A DNA stretch of 25,901 bases from positions 1 to 25,901 of IMG/VR virus record IMGVR_UViG_3300020533_000021. One strand, 5' to 3'. The notes under the pieces were generated by a model, which was given only the letters and a program-made list of their open reading frames with translations, had not been told where the DNA came from and did no database searches. The translations under genes and the position numbers were made by a program. This DNA comes from a virus. Lineage: Duplodnaviria > Caudoviricetes. Numbering within the stretch: the first letter of the stretch is position 1; the number at the start of each line of letters is the position of its first letter. This document shows, in pieces, positions 1-9,200 of this stretch.

Positions 1-330
1 CTATGCCCCCCATAGCCCCCCGACCCCCCGAGATCATGCCGGGGGCAGTGGGGGGCTACGCTCACACTAGTGGGGGGTGCAGTCTACCGATAGCCCCCGA
101 TAGCCCCCGCGCGATGGGGGGCAGCGGGGGGCAGTGTCCGGAGTGTCGACCCCGATGGTTCGACCATGGCCCCCGATAGCCCCCCGATGGCGCGGGATCG
201 AGCCCGGGGGCGCCCGGGGGCTGCGCGATAGCCCCCGCCCAGGTGCGCAGGGATACGGTACGGGGTAGGGTATCGGGGGCCGGGGAGCGGATACCCTCCG
301 GGGTATGACCCCCCCCCACCCCTAGCCCCG
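1..330. repeat. GC-rich non-coding region of short direct and inverted repeats (candidate replication origin or packaging region)
   Basis: GATAGCCCCC at 89-98, 99-108, 175-184 and 227-236, CATAGCCCCC at 11-20, and inverted copy GGGGGCTA at 51-58. GGGGGCAG x3 (41-48, 117-124, 127-134). GCCCGGGGGC tandem at 202-221. Inverted repeat ATACCC-TCCG-GGGTAT at 291-306. Repeats are seen directly; function is inferred. Confidence 0.6.
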
Positions 331-367
331 GCGGGGTCCGAGCGACGGCCCGGCAATGGTACGGACC

Positions 368-436
368 CCCCAGACAAATTTTTTCACCCCACAAATTTTT
401 TGAACGCCGCGTAAGTTGCCCCAGACAAATTTTTTC
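368..436. repeat. Triplicated ACAAATTTTTT element upstream of the terminase genes
   Basis: Exact 18-bp repeat CCCCAGACAAATTTTTTC at 368-385 and 419-436, plus CCCCACAAATTTTTT at 387-401. It is the only AT-rich patch in a very GC-rich region. Confidence 0.75.
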
Positions 437-480
437 TTTTTGCGCTGCATTACACTCGCGCCATCGCTACGCTCCAAAAC

Positions 481-936
481 ATGTTCCGCGACCTCCCCAT
501 TACTGCCAGAGAGCTAAAAGCCACGCCCGCGACGTTGGAGCGCATATACGACGGCGCAAAGCTGGGATTGCGTGGAGATTCGCTTGCGCTGGCTGCGGGT
601 TTGTTGCCGGTGGAGTTGGCCCGGCTGAAGCTCATGGACCCGATTGCGGAGATCGCGGAGATGAAAGGCCGCGCCGACAGCGAGATGACGATGTCGCGCA
701 CGCTGTACGAGGCGGCCGAGGGCGGTGATTCGAAGGCGGCGCTGGAGTTCCTGCGGCACCGCCACGATTGGGTAGCAAAGCAGCAGGTGCAGGTAGACGT
801 CGCGCAGTCGATCAGTATCACTGCGGCTCTGGAGATGGCCGAGAAGCGCGTGCGTGCTGCGGAAGCGATAGAGGATGCGGTGGAAATACGGCCCCGGCTG
901 GCGCCGCAGGCTCTGGCGGAAATGGGCCCGGTGTAA
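481..936 (+). CDS. Putative terminase small subunit
   Basis: 151-aa helical protein immediately upstream of terL. HTH-like N-terminal part (LERIYDGAKLGL..DSLALAAGLLPVELARL), a 'GDSKAALEFLRHRHDW' segment and a beta-like tail typical of TerS-like proteins. Assignment is mostly positional. Confidence 0.65.
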   Translation: MFRDLPITARELKATPATLERIYDGAKLGLRGDSLALAAGLLPVELARLKLMDPIAEIAEMKGRADSEMTMSRTLYEAAEGGDSKAALEFLRHRHDWVAKQQVQVDVAQSISITAALEMAEKRVRAAEAIEDAVEIRPRLAPQALAEMGPV

Positions 937-948
937 CCGAGGAATTGC

Positions 949-2481
949 GTGCAGACCACGAAATACACCCCGCAAGAAGAACAGGCGCTGATGAGTCGCC
1001 TGTGGAGCGCAAAGCTCCGCGACGACCCCGAAGCGTTCGTGATGTTCGTGTTCCCTTGGGGCGAAAAGGGTACGCCGCTGGAAAAGCGCAGCGGCCCGCG
1101 AAAGTGGCAGCGGGAGATTCTGCGGAAGATACGGGCGCACATCGAAGAAAACGGCGACCGCGATATGTACGAGGTATTCCGCCTGGCGGTGGCCTCTGGC
1201 CGAGGAATCGGAAAGTCCGCGCTGGTGAGTTGGCTCGTGCTCTGGATGCTGAGTACGCGGATCGGCGCGAGCGTGATCGTCTCAGCGAACAGCGAAGCGC
1301 AGCTGCGCAGCGTGACCTGGGCCGAAATCACGAAGTGGCTGGCGATGCTGATGAACTCGCACTGGTTCGAGATCAGCGCAACGCGTATCGTGCCGGCAAA
1401 GTGGCTGACGGAACTGGTGGAACGCGACCTGAAAAAAGGTACGCGTTACTGGGGCGCGGAGGGCAAACTCTGGAGCGACGAGAATCCCGACGCGTACGCT
1501 GGCGCGCACAACGACGACGGCATGATGGTCGTGTTCGACGAAGCCTCGGGTATCCCCGACAGTATCTGGAGCGTGGCTGCGGGGTTTTTTACGGAAAACA
1601 CGCCGCACAGATTTTGGTGCGCGTTTAGTAACCCGCGCCGGAACTCGGGGTATTTTTTCGAGTGTTTTAACGCCAAGCGGAACTTCTGGAAGACGCAGAA
1701 CATCGACGCCAGAACGGTGGAGGACACTGATAAAGGCGTGTACCAGGCGATTATTGACGAGTACGGCGAGGATTCGCCGCAGGCAATGGTCGAGGTATAC
1801 GGCGAGTTTCCCGGCGCGGATGAATACCAGTTCATCCCGCTGGGGCTGGTAGAAGAAGCCGGCAAGCGGCCCCCGATGCGCGACCCGGAGGCACCCGTGG
1901 TGCTGGGGGTGGACCCCGCGCGGTACGGGGCGGACGCAACGATTATCGTGGCGCGACGGGGGCGGGATTTGCTCGAAGTGCGACGGTTCAGGGGCGATGA
2001 CACGATGACGGTGGTGGGGCACGTCATTGAGGCCATTGAGGATTTCCGGCCGGTGCTGACAGTGATTGACGAAGGCGGCCTAGGCGCGGGCGTGCTGGAC
2101 AGACTGCTGGAGCAGCGGTATAAGGTGCGCGGGGTGAATTTCGGCTGGAAGGCCAAGGATCAAAAGGCGTACCAGAACAAGCGGGCCGAGATGTGGGGCG
2201 CAATGAAACAGTGGCTGCGCACGGCGTCGATCAAGGACGACAGGAACCTGAAGAAAGACCTGTGCGGCCCGAGGACGCGACCGAATTCGTCGGGGGCGAT
2301 TGCGCTGGAGACGAAGGAGCAGATGAAGGCCCGGGGCTTGGCTTCGCCTGATGCTGCTGACGCACTGGCGGTGACGTTTGCGTTTCCCGTGGCGCACAGG
2401 GAGTACAATCCGCGCAGCCAGCACCGAGTGGTTACGACGCACGGGGGAGCCATGCAGTCGGCCGGGTGGATGGCACACTGA
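949..2481 (+). CDS. terL: Terminase large subunit
   Basis: Walker A ASGRGIGKS, Walker B VVFDEASG, motif III AFSNP, RNase H-like nuclease motifs LGVDPARYGAD, IDEGGLG and SPDAADALA. GTG start preceded by GAGGA. Confidence 0.96.
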   Translation: MQTTKYTPQEEQALMSRLWSAKLRDDPEAFVMFVFPWGEKGTPLEKRSGPRKWQREILRKIRAHIEENGDRDMYEVFRLAVASGRGIGKSALVSWLVLWMLSTRIGASVIVSANSEAQLRSVTWAEITKWLAMLMNSHWFEISATRIVPAKWLTELVERDLKKGTRYWGAEGKLWSDENPDAYAGAHNDDGMMVVFDEASGIPDSIWSVAAGFFTENTPHRFWCAFSNPRRNSGYFFECFNAKRNFWKTQNIDARTVEDTDKGVYQAIIDEYGEDSPQAMVEVYGEFPGADEYQFIPLGLVEEAGKRPPMRDPEAPVVLGVDPARYGADATIIVARRGRDLLEVRRFRGDDTMTVVGHVIEAIEDFRPVLTVIDEGGLGAGVLDRLLEQRYKVRGVNFGWKAKDQKAYQNKRAEMWGAMKQWLRTASIKDDRNLKKDLCGPRTRPNSSGAIALETKEQMKARGLASPDAADALAVTFAFPVAHREYNPRSQHRVVTTHGGAMQSAGWMAH

Positions 2482-2490
2482 GGGTCTGTC

Positions 2491-2745
2491 ATGGCAAAGT
2501 CGGTGTCTCTGAGCGTTGGTCGAGGCGAAAAGCTGCCCACGAAGCAGGGCGCTGGCCTGACGGCTAAAGGCCGCGAGAAGTACAACCGCGAAACGGGGTC
2601 GAACCTGAAGGCGCCGGCGCCGAACCCGAAGACTGAGGCCGACAAGGGCCGAAAAGCGTCGTTTTGCTCGAGAATGGGAGCAGTGGCCGCGAAAGCCAAG
2701 GACGGCGAGCGGGCCAAGGCTGCTCTGAAACGCTGGAAGTGCTGA
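2491..2745 (+). CDS. Small basic phage protein (DUF6321-like)
   Basis: 84 aa, Lys/Arg-rich. The GLTAKGR..YN..GSNLKAP..RKASFCSRM..LKRWKC pattern is recalled from a widespread phage family. GAGG upstream. Confidence 0.75.
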   Translation: MAKSVSLSVGRGEKLPTKQGAGLTAKGREKYNRETGSNLKAPAPNPKTEADKGRKASFCSRMGAVAAKAKDGERAKAALKRWKC

Positions 2746-2747
2746 TC

Positions 2748-2906
2748 ATGCCGCAAAAACCCGGCCTCTACGCCAACATCCACGCCAAGCGCGAGCGCAT
2801 TGCTGCCGGAAGCGGTGAAAAGATGCGCAAGCCAGGCGCTCCTGGCGCACCGACCGCCAAAGCGTTCAAAGAGTCGGCCAAAACGGCCAAACCGAAGGGG
2901 AAATGA
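2748..2906 (+). CDS. Small basic phage protein (52 aa)
   Basis: MPQKPGLYANIHAKRERIAAGSGEKMRKPGAPGAPTAKAFKESAKTAK. ATG lies 2 nt after the upstream stop, so the start is moved from the ORF track's 2664. Motif recalled from aquatic phages. Confidence 0.75.
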   Translation: MPQKPGLYANIHAKRERIAAGSGEKMRKPGAPGAPTAKAFKESAKTAKPKGK

Positions 2907-2907
2907 C

Positions 2908-3054
2908 ATGCCTCTGGTGAAATCCGCGTCCAAGGACGCGTTTCGCAAGAACGTGAAGACCGAAATGGCGCACGGCAAGCCGCAAAAACAGGCTGTGGCG
3001 GTGGCGTACAACACGCAGCGCATGGCCAAGGCGCCTGCGAAGGGCAAGAAGTAA
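2908..3054 (+). CDS. Small basic phage protein (48 aa)
   Basis: MPLVKSASKDAFRKNVKTEMAHGKPQKQAVAVAY, with the 'GKPQKQAVA' motif common in head modules. It fits exactly between the stop at 2906 and the portal ATG at 3056 (start moved from 2800). Confidence 0.78.
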   Translation: MPLVKSASKDAFRKNVKTEMAHGKPQKQAVAVAYNTQRMAKAPAKGKK

Positions 3055-3055
3055 C

Positions 3056-5209
3056 ATGGCACGCGACGACGGCATCAACGGGGCTCGGCGGGTAGCCGAC
3101 GGCGGCTCGGACAAGTCTGAACTGCTGGCAGAAATGCGCACGCGGATGCAGTCCGCGCAGTCGGCGTTCTCGCTCACGCGGCAGGCCGAATTGGACGACC
3201 TGCGGTTTATGGCCGGCAGCCCGGACAACAACTGGCAGTGGCCGCAGGACGTGCTTGCCACGCGCGGCAGCGTGCAGGGCCAGACGGTGAACGCCAGGCC
3301 GTGCCTGACGATCAACAAACTGCCGCAACACGTCCGCAACGTCACCAACGAGCAGCGCCAGAACCGCCCCAGCGGCAAGGTCATCCCTGCCGACGATCAA
3401 GCCGACCCCGAGGTTGCCGAGATTTTCGACGGCATCGTGCGGCACATTGAGTACATGTCTGACGCTGACGTGGCGTACGACACGGCCTGCGACAATCAGG
3501 TTACGTTCGGCGAGGGGTATATCCGCCTGCTGACGGAGTACTGCGACGAGGACACGTTCGATCAGGATATTCGCATCGGTCGCATCCGCAACGCGTTCAG
3601 CGTGTACATGGACCCGATGATCCAAGACCCCTGCGGGTCGGATGCGCGGTACTGCTTTATCACGCAGGACATCACTGTCGACGAGTTCGAGCGGATGTTC
3701 CCCGATGCCACGCCGATCACGACGCTGCGCACGCAGGGCGTGGGCGATGCGTCGATGGGGTACTGGCTGAACGAAAACACGGTGCGGATCGCCGAGTATT
3801 TCCGCATCGAAGAAGAACGCGCCACGCTGAATCTCTATCCTGGCGGCTTGACGGCGTTCAAGGGGTCGTTTGAGGCCCGCCAGATGGAAGCGATGGGCAT
3901 GGAACCCCTGCGCACGCGGGAGTCGTCCAAGCGCGTTGTGAAGTGGATGAAGACCAACGGTTTCGAGGTTTTGGAGGAGCAGGACTGGGTCGGGAAGTAC
4001 ATTCCCGTGGTGCGCGTGGTGGGCAACGAGTTTGAGGTGGACGGCGAGATCCACGTCTCGGGCCTGGTGCGCAACGCCAAAGACGCCCAGCGCATGTACA
4101 ACTACTGGGTGTCTCAGGAAGCCGAGATGCTGGCGCTGGCCCCGAAGGCGCCGTTCATCGGGTACGGCGGCCAGTTTGAGGGCTACGAGAACCAGTGGAA
4201 GACGGCCAACACGCAGAACTGGCCGTATCTGGAGGTAAACCCTGATGCCACAGACGGAGCCGGAAACTCTTTCCCGCTTCCTCAGCGAGCGCAGCCGCCG
4301 ATGGCGCAGCAGGGGCTTATCGCCGCCAAGATGGGCGCCGCAGACGACATCAAGGCAACCACGGGCCAGTACGACCCGTCCCTCGGCGCGACTTCCAACG
4401 AACGATCGGGCCGCGCTATTCTGGCTCGTCAGGCTCAAAGCGATACCGGAACCTACCACTATGTGGATAACTTGGCCCGGGCCATACGGCATGTGACGCG
4501 CCAGATTATCGACATGATCCCGAAGATCTACGACACGCAGCGCATCGCGCGAATCATCGGCATGGACGGCCAGACAACGATGGCCAAGATCAACCCGATG
4601 CAGCCCGAGCCGGTGCGCGAGTTGAAGGACCAAAACGGCGTCACCATCGAGAAAATCTACAACCCCGGCGTCGGCCGATACGACGTTGTGGTCACCACAG
4701 GCCCGTCGTACCTGACCAAACGCCAGGAAGCGATGGATGCCATGTCGCAGATCCTGCAGGGCTCGCCGCAGCTGTGGGCCGTGGCCGGCGACCTGTTTGT
4801 GAAGAACATGGACTGGCCGGGAGCGGAAGAACTGGCAGAACGCCTGCGCAAGACAATCGACCCGAAGTTGCTGCAGGATCAGGACGACCCGGCGTTGCAG
4901 GCTGCCAACCAGCAGATTCAGGTGCTGACGCAAGAGATGCAGGCCATGCAGCAGATGCTGCAGAACGTCCAGCAGTCGATGGAAGCGCAGAAAATGAAGG
5001 TCGACACGTTCAAGGCCGAGTCTGACGCCGAGATCAAGGCCTACGAGGCCGAGACGCGTCGCTTGCAGGCTGTGCAGACGGGCATGACGCCTGAGCAAGT
5101 GCAGGAGATCATCATGCAGACCATGCGTGACATCGCCACTGTGGGCGACATGTCCATTGCCATGCAGGGCCAAATGCCCACGGCCGCACCACAGGGGATG
5201 CCAGTATGA
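3056..5209 (+). CDS. Portal protein, P22 gp1-like
   Basis: 717 aa. RPCLTINKLPQHVRNVTNEQRQNR, GLVRNAKDAQRMYNY and YDVVVTTGPSYLTKRQEA motifs, with a Q-rich C-terminal coiled-coil barrel as in P22-type portals. Confidence 0.94.
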   Translation: MARDDGINGARRVADGGSDKSELLAEMRTRMQSAQSAFSLTRQAELDDLRFMAGSPDNNWQWPQDVLATRGSVQGQTVNARPCLTINKLPQHVRNVTNEQRQNRPSGKVIPADDQADPEVAEIFDGIVRHIEYMSDADVAYDTACDNQVTFGEGYIRLLTEYCDEDTFDQDIRIGRIRNAFSVYMDPMIQDPCGSDARYCFITQDITVDEFERMFPDATPITTLRTQGVGDASMGYWLNENTVRIAEYFRIEEERATLNLYPGGLTAFKGSFEARQMEAMGMEPLRTRESSKRVVKWMKTNGFEVLEEQDWVGKYIPVVRVVGNEFEVDGEIHVSGLVRNAKDAQRMYNYWVSQEAEMLALAPKAPFIGYGGQFEGYENQWKTANTQNWPYLEVNPDATDGAGNSFPLPQRAQPPMAQQGLIAAKMGAADDIKATTGQYDPSLGATSNERSGRAILARQAQSDTGTYHYVDNLARAIRHVTRQIIDMIPKIYDTQRIARIIGMDGQTTMAKINPMQPEPVRELKDQNGVTIEKIYNPGVGRYDVVVTTGPSYLTKRQEAMDAMSQILQGSPQLWAVAGDLFVKNMDWPGAEELAERLRKTIDPKLLQDQDDPALQAANQQIQVLTQEMQAMQQMLQNVQQSMEAQKMKVDTFKAESDAEIKAYEAETRRLQAVQTGMTPEQVQEIIMQTMRDIATVGDMSIAMQGQMPTAAPQGMPV

Positions 5210-5568
5210 GTTGCGAGAAGTTTATCGGCCAGCTGTTTCTGGCGCGGGATTGCGCTCATTCGACCCACCTCAACACACGCTCGTACGCCAAGCACAAGGC
5301 GCTGGCCAAGTTCTACCACCAGATCATTGACCTGGCAGACAGTTTTGCCGAGGCGTATCAGGGCAAGTACGGCCTGATTGGCCCGGTGGAACTGCAGCAG
5401 GCCACCAAGACGAACAACGTGGTGGAGTTTCTTGAGGACATGGTGCAGACCATCATGGACACCCGTTACGATGTCGTCGAAAAAGAATGCACGCCGCTGC
5501 AGAACATCATCGACGAGATTCTGGCGCTGTTTTACAGCACCCTGTACAAGCTGAAATTTTTGGCTTAA
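5206..5568 (+). CDS. Ferritin/Dps-like four-helix-bundle protein (DUF5856-like)
   Basis: 120 aa. H18/H21-H30-D45-E49 in AHSTHLNTRSYAKHKALAKFY..LADSFAEAYQGKYG matches the Dps ferroxidase H-x14-D-x3-E spacing. ATGA overlap with the portal stop. Confidence 0.75.
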   Translation: MSCEKFIGQLFLARDCAHSTHLNTRSYAKHKALAKFYHQIIDLADSFAEAYQGKYGLIGPVELQQATKTNNVVEFLEDMVQTIMDTRYDVVEKECTPLQNIIDEILALFYSTLYKLKFLA

Positions 5569-5577
5569 AGGAATATC

Positions 5578-6006
5578 ATGGCGTCGTACAACAAGTTTAA
5601 CGACTTTTCTGAGCAGCTTGTCGAAGGTGTCCATGATTTTGGCGCCAACACGTTTAAAGTTGCCTTGAGCAACTCTGCGCCAATAGCATCAAACACCGTG
5701 TTGGCCGACATTACACAAATTAGCGGCACCAACGGCTATACCACTGGCGGCACGGCAACGACAATTTCTTTGTCGGAAACAAGCGGCACCACAACGGTAA
5801 ACGGCACTGAGGTGGTGTTTACGGCTTCTGGCGGAAGCGTAGGTCCGTTTCGTTACGTTGTGCTTTACAACGATTCCGCCACCTCTCCGCTGGACGCGCT
5901 GGTGGCTTGGTGGGACTACGGCAGCAGCATCACGCTAGCTGACGGCGAGACGTTTACCGTCAAGTTTTCGAACACAACGCCTGGGGCAATCTTCACGCTG
6001 GCTTGA
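5578..6006 (+). CDS. Putative virion structural protein (fibre-associated beta protein)
   Basis: 142 aa, T/S/G-rich. FKVAL..NGYTTGG..VVFTASGG..FRYVVLYND..WWDYGSSITLADGETFTV pattern. Strong AAAGGAA RBS. Confidence 0.75.
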   Translation: MASYNKFNDFSEQLVEGVHDFGANTFKVALSNSAPIASNTVLADITQISGTNGYTTGGTATTISLSETSGTTTVNGTEVVFTASGGSVGPFRYVVLYNDSATSPLDALVAWWDYGSSITLADGETFTVKFSNTTPGAIFTLA

Positions 6007-6008
6007 TC

Positions 6009-6227
6009 ATGATCAAGATTGATTTTGAGTTTGACACCCCTCACGGCAAGTTTGCCGATGCTCTTCATCTGCCTGATGATCACGGCTTCAGCGAAGCTGA
6101 AATCCAGGCGATGAAGGAGCAGCGTCGAGACAACTGGATTGCTGTGGTGACTGCGCCTCCTGTAGAGGTGGAGCCAGAGCCGGAGTACATTGAGATTGAT
6201 GGCGTTCGTTACGTGAAGGCAGTGTAA
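6009..6227 (+). CDS. Hypothetical acidic protein (72 aa)
   Basis: Tightly packed between neighbours. ATG at 6009 follows TGATC. Function unknown. Confidence 0.7.
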   Translation: MIKIDFEFDTPHGKFADALHLPDDHGFSEAEIQAMKEQRRDNWIAVVTAPPVEVEPEPEYIEIDGVRYVKAV

Positions 6228-6229
6228 GC

Positions 6230-9200
6230 ATGGCTGATCGCTATTGGGTTGGTGGTTCAGGAAGCTGGAACAGCACTACTAAGTGGTCTACGACCTCTGG
6301 TGGTGCTTCTGGCGCTTCTGTTCCTACGTCTTCTGATAATGCTATCTTTGACGCCAACTCAGGCACTGCTCATTTCATCGTGACGGTGACAGACAATGCT
6401 ACCTGTGCTGATCTCACCATCACACCAGAGCCTGTTGCTGGTGTTACTCAGTTTGCTGTAGGCGTTAACTTTGTCATTGCAGGCACACTGTCTACTAGTG
6501 GCACAGAAGGAAATAGACGCATTTGGTTCCGGTCATCGACCTACGGCTTGATGCGCGACATGCAGATTGCCACTATCGGCACAGTGACCGATGTGGACTT
6601 CCGCGACATTCGCGTCACAGGCACCGGCGGGACGTTGACAGGAACACGCATTGGTGATTTGCGTGGAAATAACAACATCACCTTCGACACGCCCAAAACC
6701 GTCTACTGGGTCACCCTCGCAGGCGGAAGCTGGAGTGGCAACAACTGGGCTGCAAGCTCTGGCGGCGCAGCCAGCACAGACAACTTCCCGTTGGCGCAGG
6801 ATACCGCTGTCATTGAGAACACGGGGTTGAATACGTCGGCTACGGTGACGCTTGATAGTGCGATTCCGTACATTGGAACGCTTGATATGTCATCAAGAAC
6901 TAATGCGATGACATTAAATTTTAGCGCAGTTGGTTATACTATTTACGGAAATTTAACTAACGGATCTGGCACAGCTTATAGTTCTACGTTCGGCTTAACT
7001 TATTCAGGAAGAAATACGCAGGTTATTACAAGCGCTGGTAAAACATTTACGAACGATCTCACTATTGATTCTTACGGTGGAACCGTTGAACTTGCCGACG
7101 CGCTAAACATTGGTTCGCGAACCCTCACCGTCACCAACGGCACCTTCGACACCAAAAACTACAACGTCACCGCGTCAGTAATAACTACTAACAATACCAA
7201 TGTACGTGGCATCAAGCTAGGCAGCAGCACGTTGACGTTGAGTAATTCAACTACAGCAGTACAACTGGGAGCGATAAATCTTTCCTTTGACGCAGGAACA
7301 TCACAAATAAATTTGACAGGGAACGGCGGTATTAACGGGAGCGGCAATACTTTTTACAACGTCACCTTCACCAGCACAACCGCTGCTACTCGTAGCATCA
7401 ATAATGCAAACACGTTCAACAACGTAACCGTTACTGCCCCCGCTACTGCCGGTATAACAACTCTTGCGTTTGACTCTAATCAAACCATCACCGGCACCCT
7501 CACCGTCGCCGGTGCCACAGCCGTCCGTCGCATCTTCGTCCGCTCCGACACCATCGGCACCACCCGCACCCTCACCGTAGGCACGCTCAGTGCCGACAAT
7601 TGCGACTTCCGAGACATCACCATTGCTGGCACCGCAGCAGGCTCTTCTCCGACCCGTGCAGGCGACTGTGGCGGCAACAGCGGCATCACCTTCCCTGCGG
7701 CAAAGACCGTCTATTGGAACCTTGCCGGTACGCAGAACTGGTCTGCAACGGCATGGGCGCCGGGCTCTGGAGGCAGTCCTGACATCAACAACTTCCCGTT
7801 GGCGCAGGACACGGCTGTGTTTGATGAAGCTGCGGGCAGCGTGACAGGAACCATCACCATCAATGCTGCTTGGAACATCGGCACGTTTGATGCGTCGTTG
7901 CGGACTAGTGCTATGACGCTCACCACCAGCACTAACACTCCGTTTGTTTATGGAGATTGGAAGTTTGGTACAGGAGTGACGTCGTCTAGTACAGCAGGCA
8001 CGATCACGTTCGCCAAACGCGGAACTCAAACCATTACCAGCAATGGCATTACGTTTGGTTGCCCTATCACGATAGATTCCGTTACGGGTGTTGTCCAGCT
8101 TGCTGATGCGCTGTCGCTTGACTCAACACGTACCCTGACCCTCACATCTGGCACGTTTGATGCGGTGTCGTATAACGTGACGACGGGATTGTTTAGCGCT
8201 GTTTTTGCAACATCAGGTTCCAGATTAAAAATGGGTTCTGGAACGTGGACGCTTTCTGGAACCGGGAGCGTCTGGACTGGTATTTCGTCTGATGTTACCT
8301 TTTATAAAGGTACTGCAGACATCGTCCTGTCCAACACCAGCACCTCTGCCCGTACATTCACAGGCGGCGGCCTCTCCTACAACAAACTCACCATCGGCGG
8401 CGCCACCGGCACATCCACCACTACCATCACCGGCAACAACCAATTCACCGAACTCGCCAGCACCAAAACCGTAGCGCACACCATTGCCCTTGGCAGCACA
8501 ACGCAGACCTTCGGCAAATGGACGGTGACGGGCACAGCAGGCAACGTCGTCACGCTCACCGGCACAGGCACTGCCCACATCCTCGCTGGAGCCTGCACAG
8601 ACAGCATCGACTACCTTGCTATGGGCAGCATCGGCTTCGCTGCCACAAGCCCTGGCGAGTTCTACGCAGGTGCCAACAGCACAGGCACAGCGGCAGCGCC
8701 TGTCTACCGCACAGCCAAACCAGCCGACAGCACACGCTATTGGGTTGGTGGCACAGGCAACTGGAGCGACACCGCTCGTTGGTCTACGTCGTCTGGTGGA
8801 GGCTCAGGCGCGTCTGTGCCGAGAAGCCATGATGATGTTGTCTTTGACAGCGCGTCCAACGCCACAGCCTATACGGCCACGGTCGATACCGTCACTGGCG
8901 GCATCAGGATGAAATCTTTGACTATTGCAGGCCCCGCAAGCGGCAACGTGACGCTGGCTGGCAGCACAGCTATTGTTGGTATTCACGGCAACGTGACGCT
9001 GCCTGCGACAGGGCTGACAAGGACGTACACAGGCGCTATCACGCTGTCTGGAAGCACGTCAGGCAAGGTGCTGACGACGAATGGTGTTGCGTTGGCATCG
9101 TCTATTACGGTGAATGGGGTTGGGTGTGAGTGGACGTTGGGGAGTGCTTTAGATTTGAGCACAGTAGGGGGCTTTACGTTAGTTAATGGAGTTTTTGATT

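Noticed and set aside
62-394. Minus-strand ORFs 62-394 and 84-377
   Set aside because: Pro/Gly-rich translations of the G/C-run repeats with no protein-like features.
1-436. CRISPR array
   Set aside because: Repeats are 8-18 bp, irregularly spaced and in both orientations, with no cas genes.
2768-5173. 801-aa antisense ORF opposite the portal, and other long minus-strand ORFs (450-1331, 13400-14245, 16606-17799)
   Set aside because: They fully overlap well-supported + strand genes, have no motifs, and are the expected shadow of high-GC3 codon usage.
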